NCBI GenBank assembly: GCA_049512935.1
Contig: JBEKWR010000001.1
Span: 128,001-192,000 of the forward strand
DNA length: 64,000 nucleotides
Source of the DNA: Candidatus Bathyarchaeia archaeon
GTDB lineage: Archaea; Thermoproteota; Bathyarchaeia; Bathyarchaeales; Bathycorpusculaceae
Direction: 5' to 3'
Shown here piece by piece: positions 10,729 to 21,263 of the stretch (positions are counted from its first letter, which is position 1; each line of letters opens with the position of its first letter). The notes beneath the pieces are model-generated. The model saw nothing but the letters and a program-made list of their open reading frames with translations, was not told the DNA's origin and did not search any database. Both the position numbers and the translations under genes were made by a program.

Positions 10729-11258
10729 GCCTCAACCTTGTCTGTTCTTGCCAGGTCGCGGAGCCTGTTGACGCCGTCTATTTCACAGATGAAGTCGGCG
10801 ACGCTTTTGGGAACAAGCTCTCGCCAGCTGTCGTCGCCTTGAAGCATTTTTTCCCTAACCACCGTTGACATGTACTGTTTCCTGTCAAAGAACGGTATGT
10901 CCCTCACTGGGTAGCCGGCTTCCGTAAAAAGCCTCTTCGTCAAAGGCTCGTTTGAGAATACAGTATTAAATTTTGGCGTGTAACCTTCAAGCGCGCTGAC
11001 CCATAGCATATGCAGATGGACGTCTGGAACGGGAACAATCCAAAATTTGGAGTAGTCAACGTTAGCCTCCTGCAGGGCACGGCGGATCATGACCAGCCTT
11101 TCGCCTGCCGTGAACGGGTTGTTGATGTTGTGACTGTACTGCGCGCTGCCGATGACTATGACCAGTTCATCAACTTTTTTCAGCACCGCCTTGACTGCGC
11201 CAAGATGCCCTAGATGGAAAGGCTGAAACCTGCCTACGTAAAGACCCCGAGTAACCAA
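10725..11258 (-). CDS. nadM: Nicotinamide-nucleotide adenylyltransferase
   Basis: GRFQPFHLGH, NPFTAGER. Confidence 0.95.
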   Translation of the reverse strand: MVTRGLYVGRFQPFHLGHLGAVKAVLKKVDELVIVIGSAQYSHNINNPFTAGERLVMIRRALQEANVDYSKFWIVPVPDVHLHMLWVSALEGYTPKFNTVFSNEPLTKRLFTEAGYPVRDIPFFDRKQYMSTVVREKMLQGDDSWRELVPKSVADFICEIDGVNRLRDLARTDKVEA

Positions 11259-11330
11259 CTTTCCCTACCTGCCCATTTACGGTTGAACTCTCATGCTTTT
11301 ATGATTTGCGTTAAAAAAAATTTCAGAGTT

Positions 11331-11915
11331 TCAAACCAGATTTCCAAGCACGCATTCAACAGGAAAAACCGTGAGGTTTCTGCCGTTTACGGGTATCTGT
11401 TTCGAGGTTGAAGAGCCTTTTTTCTCCCGCCTTAGAAACTCAACTTTGACCTTTAAGCCTCCGCCGTAACCGCCAAGTGTAAAGTCGGATTTGACGACCC
11501 TGTGGCAGGGAACGATGGGCGCGAAGGGGTTTGAAGCCATGACGTTTCCCACCGCCCTCGGGCTGCCGCCTATCGCTTTGGCGATCGAGCCGTAAGACGT
11601 AACGTAGCCAAGCGGAACCTGCAATGTCGCCTTCAGCACCTTCTGCGTGTAGGCTGGCAGGTGCGAGTAGGCTAACGGGAAGGTGGCGTTGACGTTTTCT
11701 CCGTCGTAGATTTCTTTCAGGGAAGCAAGGATGTCTTTGGCGAACCCTGAGGGCTCATGGAAAACCTGGAAAGGCGTATTGTACGGAATTATCGTTAACA
11801 TGTTGCCTAACGTCTGCTGTTCGCTTGTGCTAAAAGACGACGCGATGATTTGCTGTTTAGCGTAGGCGACCCCGAACCATACACCATCCAAGTTTTGGCT
11901 GTAGACTTCAATCAT
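11331..11915 (-). CDS. ogt: Methylated-DNA-protein-cysteine methyltransferase
   Basis: PCHRVV active site, RAVG motif. Confidence 0.95.
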   Translation of the reverse strand: MIEVYSQNLDGVWFGVAYAKQQIIASSFSTSEQQTLGNMLTIIPYNTPFQVFHEPSGFAKDILASLKEIYDGENVNATFPLAYSHLPAYTQKVLKATLQVPLGYVTSYGSIAKAIGGSPRAVGNVMASNPFAPIVPCHRVVKSDFTLGGYGGGLKVKVEFLRREKKGSSTSKQIPVNGRNLTVFPVECVLGNLV

Positions 11916-12076
11916 CTGTTATAGCCCTCACCCGATTTCAAAGCTAAGAGAGCACGCTACACCATAAAGGTTCTGCGTCTACCCGCCGTTTCAGGTCGCC
12001 TCCAACGCATGGAATTGCTTAATAAGTAACCTTAATAATTTGTCTTGTGTATATCAACGGGAAAAGGCGAAAATTT

Positions 12077-12766
12077 ATGGAAGGTTACGGACCACAATTA
12101 CCCCAATTACCGCAAGTTCCGCAGTACCCGCAGATTGCGCAGGATCAACAGCAGCAGGCTCAGCAGGGCGGCATGGTGTGGATGCCAGGCGCCACAACGG
12201 TCGGCGTTGTCTTCAAAGACGGAGTGCTCCTAGCCGCTGAGAAAAGGGTAACTTACGGCTATTTTGTCATGAGCAAAGGCGGAAAAAAAGTTTTCAAAGT
12301 CACAGAGCGAATCGGCGTTGCATGCGCGGGGCTTGTGGGCGACATGCAGATTCTTGCGAGAGAAATGGAGGCGCAAGCCAACCTTTTCAGCATGGACACT
12401 GGCAGACAAATCACCGTTCGCGCAGCTGCTAAGCTGATGGCTAACGTGCTGTTCAACAGGCGTTACGCTCCACTTTTCACCCAGACGATCGTGGGCGGCT
12501 TAGACGAGGAAGGCGCATCGCTTTTCGTGCTTGACGTCTTAGGCTCCCTCATCCCAGACAAGTACGCGGTTGTCGGTTCAGGAACTGAAATCGCCATCGG
12601 CGTCATCGAAGAAGCCTACAAGGAGACCATGAGCGCAGATGAAGCGAAACAACTTGTGATGCGGGCGATAAAGTCTGCGATAAGCAGAGACTCGATGAGC
12701 GGCGACGGCATAGACTTCCTCATCATAACCAAGGAAGGCATAGCTGAAGAATCAATAAAGTTCTAA
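12077..12766 (+). CDS. psmB: Proteasome beta subunit (probably non-catalytic type)
   Basis: GATTVGV, AAEKR, AGLVGD, GSG, RDSMSGDG. Confidence 0.95.
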   Translation: MEGYGPQLPQLPQVPQYPQIAQDQQQQAQQGGMVWMPGATTVGVVFKDGVLLAAEKRVTYGYFVMSKGGKKVFKVTERIGVACAGLVGDMQILAREMEAQANLFSMDTGRQITVRAAAKLMANVLFNRRYAPLFTQTIVGGLDEEGASLFVLDVLGSLIPDKYAVVGSGTEIAIGVIEEAYKETMSADEAKQLVMRAIKSAISRDSMSGDGIDFLIITKEGIAEESIKF

Positions 12767-12849
12767 AACAACTTTTCCTCACCATTTTTTGTTCTTGCAA
12801 CTGTTCAGCGGCGCCCACGCGCTGCCGAAACTTAAAGGAGTAGAAGCGT

Positions 12850-13473
12850 ATGTCGTTTGAGCTAAGTTTAGATGAAGGAAAATTCCTAATCAACCTGGCA
12901 AGAAACACGGTTAAAGAATATCTTGAAGAAGGAAAAACTCTTAAGCCCCCAAAAGGCACCCCTGAAAAGCTGTTTGAACGCTGCGGAGTCTTCGTCACTT
13001 TAAACAGCGTTAGGAACGGGGAAAAGGAGCTTCGCGGCTGCATCGGATACCCTTACCCGACCAGCCCGCTTGTGGAGGCAGTAATTGACTCCGCCATTAA
13101 CGCCGCAACTCAGGATCCACGGTTCTACCCCTTATCCCTTGACGAACTGGGCAAAGTTGTTTTTGAAGTAAGCGTCCTGACGCCTCCGCAACCAGTCCAA
13201 GTGGACAACCCAAAAGAGTACATGAGCAAAATCAGGGTTGGCGAAGACGGCTTAATCGTTGAAAAAGGCTTCTACAAGGGACTGCTTCTGCCGCAGGTTC
13301 CTGTCGAGTGGGGATGGTGCGAAGAAGAGTTTCTTTGCCAATGCTGCGTCAAGGCAGGCCTACCGCCCGACAGTTGGCTAACAAAGGGCGCCAAAATATA
13401 CAAGTTCAAAGCTATCATATTTGAGGAAGAAACGCCGCTTGGCGAAGTTAAACTCTTAAGCCTAAGCAAGTAA
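12850..13473 (+). CDS. AMMECR1/TIGR00296 family protein
   Basis: GVFVTL..LRGCIG, DPRF, GLLLPQV. Confidence 0.95.
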   Translation: MSFELSLDEGKFLINLARNTVKEYLEEGKTLKPPKGTPEKLFERCGVFVTLNSVRNGEKELRGCIGYPYPTSPLVEAVIDSAINAATQDPRFYPLSLDELGKVVFEVSVLTPPQPVQVDNPKEYMSKIRVGEDGLIVEKGFYKGLLLPQVPVEWGWCEEEFLCQCCVKAGLPPDSWLTKGAKIYKFKAIIFEEETPLGEVKLLSLSK

Positions 13474-13480
13474 CAAACGG

Positions 13481-14620
13481 TTAATCCTGTAGGGTTTCCA
13501 CGATTTCTTCCGCCCTGTCTAAACCCTTAAACCTGTTAGAGAACACGTTTAGCGTCCGCATGTTTCTGTCAAAGGATTCCTGTTCATCATCCATTCTTTC
13601 AAAAGCCTTCTCTAACTGCTTTCTGTTCTTGACGGTTATTGAGCAGTTTAAATCCTGCAGTTTGGCAGCGTTGCCCTGCTGTTCCGGCTGCGTTGGGATG
13701 CAGATGCTTGGTTTCGCGTACTTGATGGTTTCAAAGCATGTCGCGTGTCCACCGCTGAAGATCACAAACTTGGCGTTCCTCATGCATTCTGCCCGTTCTT
13801 CAGCAGACAGCCAACTGTGAAGCTCGCAGTTCCCCACTTTTGCAGTGGCTTTCTTGCCGGGAGTGCCTAAACTAACGATGCATTTGGTTTTTATTTTTTC
13901 TATTACTGGAAGCAGAATCTTTAACATTCTGGCTCTCGTGCCGGGTGGTCCGCTTATGGGTGCAAAAATGTGCTGCTTTGAGCCCGCAACGGGCGACGTG
14001 TCGACGAAGCTTCCGACGTACTCAACCTTCCCGTCTAAACCCATATTATCGATGTTTCCGACACTGTACTCTGAAATGGTGTAGGGCGGAGGATTGTCGG
14101 GAATGATTATTTTTGAGCATCGCTTGACGTACCGTTCAACCAGCCGTTCGCCAGGATTAAGGAAAGCGGAGAAACCGTAGCTTGGTCTAATCAGGTTAGC
14201 TATGTAAACTGAGGGGAACCCCCACCGTTGAGCGAGCCTAAGCGCGTTTATGTCCCCGTCCGCGATGAGAAGGTCGGGCGCCAATTCACGAATGTTTGCC
14301 CTAAGGTCGTAGTAGCGGTGGATGGTTTCCCAAGCGTTGGAGTTTTTCATTTCAAGCTTGTTCTTTTCAAAGTTGAACCATGGAAGCGGAAAAAACAGGT
14401 TAATGAGCGATGCGGAGGTGATTATGCCGTAGGAGTTCTCATACCAAGATATCGGCGTGCACTTGTAAACGTGGCTAAACTCCTTCTGCAACATCTCGTA
14501 GGCTTTGCCTCCTGAGAAAAAGAACATTTCGTGACCATGCTTCTCCAGCCGTTTCCCTAACGGGATGATGCGTGAAACATGACCTAAGCCAAGCTCCGAA
14601 CAGCTAAACAGCAGCCGCAT
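13481..14620 (-). CDS. GT-B glycosyltransferase (GT28/MJ1255-like)
   Basis: GLGHVSR at N-terminus, GGHATCFE...PTQPEQ at C-terminus. Confidence 0.85.
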   Translation of the reverse strand: MRLLFSCSELGLGHVSRIIPLGKRLEKHGHEMFFFSGGKAYEMLQKEFSHVYKCTPISWYENSYGIITSASLINLFFPLPWFNFEKNKLEMKNSNAWETIHRYYDLRANIRELAPDLLIADGDINALRLAQRWGFPSVYIANLIRPSYGFSAFLNPGERLVERYVKRCSKIIIPDNPPPYTISEYSVGNIDNMGLDGKVEYVGSFVDTSPVAGSKQHIFAPISGPPGTRARMLKILLPVIEKIKTKCIVSLGTPGKKATAKVGNCELHSWLSAEERAECMRNAKFVIFSGGHATCFETIKYAKPSICIPTQPEQQGNAAKLQDLNCSITVKNRKQLEKAFERMDDEQESFDRNMRTLNVFSNRFKGLDRAEEIVETLQD

Positions 14621-14715
14621 GTGCTACCGTTACGCCGACGATTTATTTTAACTATCCCATACCCCGCGTGGAAAAAACTAAGCAGTTTTAAGCTAGTTGC
14701 TGACACTAAATTGGT

Positions 14716-15588
14716 ATGTTTGTTCCACGGAAAATCCTTGAAGAGAAGCTTAGGCAAATCCTCGCTGACGACATCGGGCTAGGCGACGTCACAGCCCAAA
14801 CGGTTATTCCCGCAAACCTGATTGCTGAGGCGGTGGTTGTCGCGAAAGAGGAAGGTGTCGCTGCGGGAATTGAGGAGGCAACTGTTCTTGCGGAGAGTCT
14901 GGACTTAAAAGTCAAGGCTAAAGTTGTTGACGGCGAAAAAATCAAAAACAAACAGGTGCTGATGGAAATTTCAGGTGACGCAAGAACCATCCTGTCGGCT
15001 GAGAGGACTATACTGAACATTGTTTCGAGGATGAGCGGAATCGCGACGGCTACTCGAACCTTAACTGAGAAGCTTCAAAATGCAGGCTTCAAAGCCAAGA
15101 TTGCCGCGACGCGTAAGTCGGCGCCTGGACTGCTCTATTTTGATAAGAGGGCGGTAGTCATAGGCGGCGGTGACCCGCATAGGCTTCACTTGGACGACAT
15201 GGTGCTGATTAAAGACAACCACGTCGCCATTGTCGGTAGCCCCGAAGAGGCAGTGAAAAAGGCGAGGGCGAACGTTTCTTTCACCAAGAAAATCGAGGTC
15301 GAAGTGACCAAGGTTTCAGACGTTTTGAAGGTTGCGCAGGCTGGGGCAGACGCAGTTATGCTTGACAACTTCTCTATCGAGCAGGTTAAAGAAGCGGCGG
15401 ATTTGCTGGAGAAGGCAGGTTTTTTGGGCAAGGTGGTTTTAGAGGCAAGCGGCGGAATCACGGCTGAAGACATACTTGATTACGCGGCGGCAAAGGTCGA
15501 CGTCATCAGCATAGGTCACTTGACGCACAGCGTTAAAGCGTTAGACGCCAGTTTGGAAATCGTTCAAACGCATGTTAAAAGCGCTTAG
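14716..15588 (+). CDS. nadC: Quinolinate phosphoribosyltransferase
   Basis: TRK, HR, LIKDNH, EVEV, MLDN, EASGGI. Confidence 0.97.
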   Translation: MFVPRKILEEKLRQILADDIGLGDVTAQTVIPANLIAEAVVVAKEEGVAAGIEEATVLAESLDLKVKAKVVDGEKIKNKQVLMEISGDARTILSAERTILNIVSRMSGIATATRTLTEKLQNAGFKAKIAATRKSAPGLLYFDKRAVVIGGGDPHRLHLDDMVLIKDNHVAIVGSPEEAVKKARANVSFTKKIEVEVTKVSDVLKVAQAGADAVMLDNFSIEQVKEAADLLEKAGFLGKVVLEASGGITAEDILDYAAAKVDVISIGHLTHSVKALDASLEIVQTHVKSA

Positions 15589-16139
15589 ACTCCGATTGAT
15601 ATGAGCCACGCTTCAATAATTGCCCCCAAGGCAAGCAAGCCAGCGCAGACACCTATTAAAATGGCTGTGTTTTTGAATTCCCGGAATCGTTTCTGCAGCA
15701 GCCTGCGAATTAGCCAGACGCTTTCGCTGATGGCGATGGAGTAAGATATGAATTCTAACCAGAAGAAAGGAAGAATTAATAAAAGCAGAAGGTAAAATAC
15801 TGAAGGTACGCCTTGCAGCAGAGATTCAGCGCCGAGAATGTATCCTGTGTAGCTGAACGAGATCAAGCCAAATATGGGTCCGATGATGGGGATGAACATT
15901 ATGAGGCAAATTCTGAAGTTGTTCAAAAAGATGTACTGAGGCAGCGTTCCCGAGTTTTTGTTTTGCTGCGCCGTTTGATTTATGGGATTAACCAGTTGCT
16001 GGGCAGCTTGATGACTGATCGGCACTAAAGACCCGATAAGAGTTAAGAGGAAAGCGACTATGAAAACGAAAATGGCCGAGTAGATTCTTTTTCTCCGCGT
16101 CGATGCTTTGGTCCAAAAGGACAAATCAAGCTTCACCAT
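15585..16139 (-). CDS. SpoIIM-like membrane protein
   Basis: IFLNN, LE, AIIEA pattern with multiple TM helices. Confidence 0.8.
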   Translation of the reverse strand: MVKLDLSFWTKASTRRKRIYSAIFVFIVAFLLTLIGSLVPISHQAAQQLVNPINQTAQQNKNSGTLPQYIFLNNFRICLIMFIPIIGPIFGLISFSYTGYILGAESLLQGVPSVFYLLLLLILPFFWLEFISYSIAISESVWLIRRLLQKRFREFKNTAILIGVCAGLLALGAIIEAWLISIGV

Positions 16140-16151
16140 TCAACCTTCCCT

Positions 16152-16844
16152 TCAGCTCTTAGGCTCAATTTTTAAGGCACGAAACCCCCGTGCAGAAGGG
16201 TTTAACGTTTCTGTGAATTTAACCTTTTTTAAGACGCTCTCAGCGTCGACAGCGTATCCGCGAACGTCATGCTCAGCCGCCATAAGCGAATGGAGATAAA
16301 CTTGGTTTTCTTGGGTCCTCGGCTGGCACATCATAGGTAAACCCAACAGGACAGGCTTGCCTTCATCCACCACTTTCTTGCAGGCAAACAGAATCGCTTC
16401 TGACCCAGCTGTTAACTCGGCAATCCTCACTGGAACGCTTTCTTTGCCGATAGCGAACATGTCGACGCCGTGAACCCGTTTTATTTCGCCAGCGATTTTC
16501 CTCAGCCTCGGCAAAATCTTAAGGATGTTCTGCCTCCCAGTTCTCGACACACGCAGGTTTACAAGCTCAACTGGCGATAACTCTTCAATTGACACGCCGC
16601 CAAGCGTCAAATCCAAATGCACAACGTCGGCTTTCATCTTGTCCAGCAGGCTTCTGCAAAGCTCAGCCTCATGAACCACAACTTCAAAGTCGCCGTCGAC
16701 TTCCCTGAATATCGGTTCAGCCAACCTGTAAGACGGCTCCCTGTAAGGTGGGTTAACAAGCACCGAAACGGAAGCTACAAGGTATCGGGGCTTGAATTCC
16801 TCGTCAAGAATTGCCGCAGCTGAATCCGCCGAAATAACCCTCAA
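16152..16844 (-). CDS. DUF4152-family protein
   Basis: MRVISADSAAA, VVHLD, GKESVPVRIAEL. Confidence 0.75.
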   Translation of the reverse strand: MRVISADSAAAILDEEFKPRYLVASVSVLVNPPYREPSYRLAEPIFREVDGDFEVVVHEAELCRSLLDKMKADVVHLDLTLGGVSIEELSPVELVNLRVSRTGRQNILKILPRLRKIAGEIKRVHGVDMFAIGKESVPVRIAELTAGSEAILFACKKVVDEGKPVLLGLPMMCQPRTQENQVYLHSLMAAEHDVRGYAVDAESVLKKVKFTETLNPSARGFRALKIEPKS

Positions 16845-16909
16845 GTCTTCACCTACCGAACCTTAAGTGTCGAGGGTAAAAAAATAGGTTGCTGAAAAAG
16901 CGCTTGTGG

Positions 16910-17515
16910 CTACTTTAAGCCTAAAGCCAAAATGTACATTTCTGAGCTTTTTGCGCGGCTTGCCTGAGGCTTCACAAGCATAACCGTTTCGAAGCTGGCT
17001 TTCACGGTTTGAATGTACTCGTCAAGCAGGCCTCCTTGGAAGACCTTCACAAAAAAGTTTCCCCCTGGATGCAGCAAGCACTGGGCGATTCCCAACGCTC
17101 TCGTGGCTAAGTCGATTTGCCTCGCATGATCGACCTCCCACACGCCAGTGATGTTTGGCGCGGCATCAGAGATCACCGCGTCTGCTTTGCGCGGCAAGAA
17201 AGAGACGATTTGCTGAACAATGTCTGGGTCAGTCATGTCCGCGATTATTGTTCGAATGTACTCCTGAGTGAAAGGCTCGATTGGTTTAAGGTCCACGCCT
17301 AAAACATAACCGTGTTTCCCAGTCATTTTCCTTGCCGCTTGGATCCATCCGCCTGGAGCAGCGCCCAAATCGACCACTACGTCGTTTCTTTTTATGAACT
17401 GGTACTTCTCGTTGGCTTGAACAAGCTTGTACGTGGCTCTTGAACGGTAGTTTTCTTCTTTAGCTTTCTTGTAGTAGAATTCCTTTTTTCTATCTTGAAT
17501 CCAAGCCTTCGGCAA
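16910..17515 (-). CDS. rlmE: 23S rRNA 2'-O-methyltransferase RlmE
   Basis: YRSRATYKL, DLGAAPGGW, SDAAP, KP.ASR..SSE. Confidence 0.96.
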   Translation of the reverse strand: MPKAWIQDRKKEFYYKKAKEENYRSRATYKLVQANEKYQFIKRNDVVVDLGAAPGGWIQAARKMTGKHGYVLGVDLKPIEPFTQEYIRTIIADMTDPDIVQQIVSFLPRKADAVISDAAPNITGVWEVDHARQIDLATRALGIAQCLLHPGGNFFVKVFQGGLLDEYIQTVKASFETVMLVKPQASRAKSSEMYILALGLK

Positions 17516-17948
17516 CGGAGTTGTCAGCCCCCTCTATGTCTTGCAATTTTGGATCAGGAACCGGTGCTGCGGGTGCTGCTGTAGATGCCGCGGTGGCTTC
17601 TTTTCCCAAGGAAAGTATCCAGTCGGTGAGTCTGGGGCAGCTTTTAGGAGAAATCGCCGTGGTCGGGTCGCATCTTGCGTTGTCTGGGCACAGTAAGCAT
17701 GGGCAGTCAATTATGGTTTCTATAGATGCAGGCAGTCTTTTGGGGTACAGCCGATAGGTCCACCTGCCTTCCTGAAGCTCTTTTTCCCGTCGGATTAACC
17801 CTTTCTCCTCCAGCTTGATGGAGACTCTTGAGCCTTCGCGGCTGCTTGCGCCCAGTTCGCGCCATAAGTCTGACTGAAGCACGCCTTGATAACCCGTGTT
17901 TACCACATAATGGAGTGCTTTCTGTTCAAGGTCATTACGTTTAGGCAT
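17490..17948 (-). CDS. TFE-beta / RPC34-like factor (winged helix plus Fe-S cluster domain)
   Basis: N-terminal wHTH (QSDLWREL..SR...KLEEKGLIRR) plus CPCLLC-x5-C-x7-SPKSC..LTDW. Confidence 0.8.
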   Translation of the reverse strand: MPKRNDLEQKALHYVVNTGYQGVLQSDLWRELGASSREGSRVSIKLEEKGLIRREKELQEGRWTYRLYPKRLPASIETIIDCPCLLCPDNARCDPTTAISPKSCPRLTDWILSLGKEATAASTAAPAAPVPDPKLQDIEGADNSVAEGLDSR

Positions 17949-18031
17949 CTACGATCAATTCCAAATAATGCAATTAGATATAAGCGTTGAATCCAAATAA
18001 AAATATGTATCCCCCGAAAAACGTGAAATCC

Positions 18032-19063
18032 ATGAACAACATGCCAGCAGACCCGAAAAACGAGGAAAGTTACTGTTTAGGAATTGAGTCTTCAGCAGAC
18101 GACTTCGGCGTCGGCGTAGCCACGTTTAAAGGCGAGATACTGGCCAACAAATCCGACAGTTACATTCCAGCGGAGGGCGGAATTCATCCCCGTGAAGCCG
18201 CGAGACACCACGCTGAAGTTGCGGATAAAGTGGTGAAAGACGCTTTAACCGCGGCAGGCATCAAACCTCGTGACCTGTCAGTTATCGCTTTTTCGCAAGG
18301 TCCAGGTTTAGGTCCGAGCCTGCGCACGGGAGCCACCGTCGCCCGCGCCTTAGCCTCTTACCTTGAGATTCCCCTCGTCGGCGTTAACCATTCTGTGGCT
18401 CACATCGAGATCGGCAAATTGAAAACGGGCGTGGTTGACCCGGTGACGCTTTACGTTTCAGGCGGCAACACCATGGTGACCGCTTTTGAAGCTGGACGCT
18501 ACAGGGTCTTCGGCGAAACGCTGGACATCGCGCTTGGAAACTGCCTGGACGTTTTCGCTCGGGAAGCAGGACTTAGGCACCGCAAAGGTCTGCCGCTTGG
18601 CGCCGCCGTGGAGCAGTTGGCAGCTAAAGGAAAAAACCTGGTTTCTTTGCCGTACGTGGTGAAGGGCATGGATTTGTCCCTCAGCGGCTTGTTGACGGCG
18701 GCAACTGCGATGCTTCAGAAGGGCTGCCCATTGGAGGATTTGTGTTACAGTTTGCAGGAAACCGCGTTTTCGATGGTTACCGAGGTTACGGAGCGGGCGC
18801 TGGCGCACACGGAGAAGCGGGAGGTTTTGTTAACGGGCGGGGTGGCGGCTAATAAGCGGCTGCAATCTATGCTCGGCGTCATCGCGGAGGAGCATGATGC
18901 AGTTTTTCACGTGGTTCCGCTTGAGTTCGCCACTGACAACGGCGCCATGATTGCTTGGACAGGGGTTTTAGCCTACACGCACGGGTTGACTACGCCTTTG
19001 GCTGAGAGTTACGTGAAGCTTCGGTGGCGGGTAGACAAGGTGGATGTGCCATGGATACGTTAG
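18032..19063 (+). CDS. kae1: KEOPS t6A synthase Kae1
   Basis: GGIHPREAA, GPGLGPSL, HSVAH, SGGNT, TDNGAMIA. Confidence 0.97.
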   Translation: MNNMPADPKNEESYCLGIESSADDFGVGVATFKGEILANKSDSYIPAEGGIHPREAARHHAEVADKVVKDALTAAGIKPRDLSVIAFSQGPGLGPSLRTGATVARALASYLEIPLVGVNHSVAHIEIGKLKTGVVDPVTLYVSGGNTMVTAFEAGRYRVFGETLDIALGNCLDVFAREAGLRHRKGLPLGAAVEQLAAKGKNLVSLPYVVKGMDLSLSGLLTAATAMLQKGCPLEDLCYSLQETAFSMVTEVTERALAHTEKREVLLTGGVAANKRLQSMLGVIAEEHDAVFHVVPLEFATDNGAMIAWTGVLAYTHGLTTPLAESYVKLRWRVDKVDVPWIR

Positions 19064-19710
19064 GCGCTCGGCGGCTGATGAAGAAGGGCGCGGAAGCCAG
19101 CCTCTATCTAGCCGAGTGGCATGGACTGAAAGTTGTCGTTAAAGTGCGGATTCCAAAGAAATATCGTCCGCCAGCATTGGACGTGCAGATTCGAACGTAC
19201 CGCACGGTTCACGAGCCGCAGCTGATGCATGAAGCCAAAGCCGCGGAGGTGCCGACGCCGCTGATCTACATGGTTAACGTTCCCGAAGCCTCCATCACCA
19301 TGCAGTACATTGAAGGGCAACAGATTAAGCAGCTTCTAAACAGGGCTCCAGAAGAGACGCGGCACGAACTCTGCATGAAAATAGGCGACTTAATCGGGAA
19401 ACTTCACAGGCAAGGCTTAATCCACGGCGACCTGACAACCTCAAACATGATCCTCAGCCCAGAAGGCAAAATTTACTTCATTGACTTCGGCTTAGGCGAA
19501 AAAAACAGCGAGGTTGAAGCGCAGGGTGTGGATTTGCATCTGATGAAGCGCGCACTGCAGAGCACACATTACATGTTCTGGGAAGAATGCTTCAAAAACG
19601 TCCTTTCCGGGTACTCCTGCGTTGTAGGCGCAGATTCGGCGGAAAAGGTTTATGAGAAAATCCGTGAAATAGAGAGGCGTGGCCGCTATGTCGAAGAAAG
19701 AAAACAGTAA
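19051..19710 (+). CDS. bud32: KEOPS kinase Bud32
   Basis: GAEA, HGDLTTSN, IDFGL, RGRY. Confidence 0.96.
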   Translation: MDTLGARRLMKKGAEASLYLAEWHGLKVVVKVRIPKKYRPPALDVQIRTYRTVHEPQLMHEAKAAEVPTPLIYMVNVPEASITMQYIEGQQIKQLLNRAPEETRHELCMKIGDLIGKLHRQGLIHGDLTTSNMILSPEGKIYFIDFGLGEKNSEVEAQGVDLHLMKRALQSTHYMFWEECFKNVLSGYSCVVGADSAEKVYEKIREIERRGRYVEERKQ

Positions 19711-20320
19711 CGCAAGCTGCGTTCTAAACGGAAAGATCGTTTTTTTCGCCACGGGCAACATCAACAAATTCAACGAGGCGCGAGTCATTGTCGGCTCTTA
19801 CGGCTTGGCAGTTGCGATGCTACGCGTGAAAGGCGAGGAAATCCAGAGCGACAGGCTGCAGGACATTGCAAAGGCAAGCGTCATAAACGCGTTTAAGGCA
19901 AGTGGACTGCCCATTTTCGTGGAGGACGCAGGCTTATTCATCGAGGCGCTCGGCGGTTTCCCAGGTCCCTACGCGGCCTACGTTTACAAGACCATCCACA
20001 ACGGCGGCATCTTGAAGCTGATGAAAGATGCAGAGGACAGGCATGCCAAGTTCCAGTCAGTAATAGCCTACCTTGACGAAAACCAGCCCGAACCCCGATG
20101 CTTCGAGGGTGAATCAGACGGGGAAATAACCTTAACTGAGCGTAAGCGGCAGGGAAAAGCTGCGTTCGGTTTTGACCCGATTTTTCAGCCAGACGGCAGC
20201 GGCAAAGCCTTTGCGGAAATGACTATTGAGGAGAAGAACGGGTTTTCGCACAGGGCCAAGGCTATTCGCAAGTTTGCTGAATGGTACAAGCAGACGTTGA
20301 ATTCGCCGGGTAAAGAGTAG
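19688..20320 (+). CDS. rdgB: XTP/dITP diphosphatase (RdgB/HAM1)
   Basis: ATGNINK, EDAGL, FGFDPIF, SHR. Confidence 0.95.
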   Translation: MSKKENSNASCVLNGKIVFFATGNINKFNEARVIVGSYGLAVAMLRVKGEEIQSDRLQDIAKASVINAFKASGLPIFVEDAGLFIEALGGFPGPYAAYVYKTIHNGGILKLMKDAEDRHAKFQSVIAYLDENQPEPRCFEGESDGEITLTERKRQGKAAFGFDPIFQPDGSGKAFAEMTIEEKNGFSHRAKAIRKFAEWYKQTLNSPGKE

Positions 20321-20603
20321 GCTTGAAATCCTGTTCAGAATGACGAGCCGTGCAGCTTAGTGCTGCTGTAATTTTTGGAAAGAAGAAAACAGTCCTTCAT
20401 CATTATCAAGAATAACGGGCAAGTCAGTAGACTTTACATTCTGCGGTGGAAAAAAATTAGTATCATCAACAACAAACAACATGGCGTTAATCAAAACTGG
20501 GCACTCTAAGCACAGCTCGAGAATGATGCAGAGGCAACGGCGGCACAGAATAAAAAACGTTATATCTGCAGAGCCACCGAATCTGAAAGCAGGGGACCAA
20601 GCA

Positions 20604-21185
20604 TTGAGCAGAAAGACAAAGACAAACTTTAGCGTCGTCGGCGGGCTTGTAGCTTTGTGCGCCGTTATTTTGGTTGGGTCGGCAAGCCTGATCTTGGAGT
20701 ATTATACGCCCATGATAAATTCCAGGGATAACGAAATAGCGAACCAAACTGGCGAAATAGCCAGCATGAACGCAACCATTTCGAGCCTGAACAGCCAAAT
20801 AGCCAGCCTCAACAACCAGCTAACCAGCATTCAGTCAAAATACACCGCTAGCCTTGTCACCGCGCTTGGAGTCAAAGACCTCCCAGGCGGCGGAGCCAAC
20901 ACCACCGACCTCAATCACCTCTACATAACAGGCGCGGTAACCAACACGGGCATCACAACGGCTTATAACGCGGGCTTGCACGTTAACGGCTACGCAAGCG
21001 ACGACACGGTTCTCATCGACATAACCGTCCCGATCGCCTACTACGTTTCACAAGACGGCTTCACCAACGCAACTGGACTCACGACGATTTACCCGAGCCA
21101 ACAAGCAACAGCGGATATAAGCATAATTCACAGCGGCAACGTTACAACTTGGAATATAATACCCGTGTTTACAAATTCGCCCTAA
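20604..21185 (+). CDS. Membrane-anchored surface protein (coiled coil plus Ig-like domain)
   Basis: TM helix, heptad IASLNNQL repeats, ITGAVTNTG motif; start uncertain (ORF open from 20481). Confidence 0.7.
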   Translation: MSRKTKTNFSVVGGLVALCAVILVGSASLILEYYTPMINSRDNEIANQTGEIASMNATISSLNSQIASLNNQLTSIQSKYTASLVTALGVKDLPGGGANTTDLNHLYITGAVTNTGITTAYNAGLHVNGYASDDTVLIDITVPIAYYVSQDGFTNATGLTTIYPSQQATADISIIHSGNVTTWNIIPVFTNSP

Positions 21186-21263
21186 AACCCAACATTCTTC
21201 ACCAATTTCAACGGTTTCTTAATCTTTGCATCTTGCTCATGTAGATTTCAAATTCGGAGTTCT

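Noticed and set aside
15585-16139. SpoIIM as evidence for sporulation
   Set aside because: The family is widespread in non-sporulating archaea.
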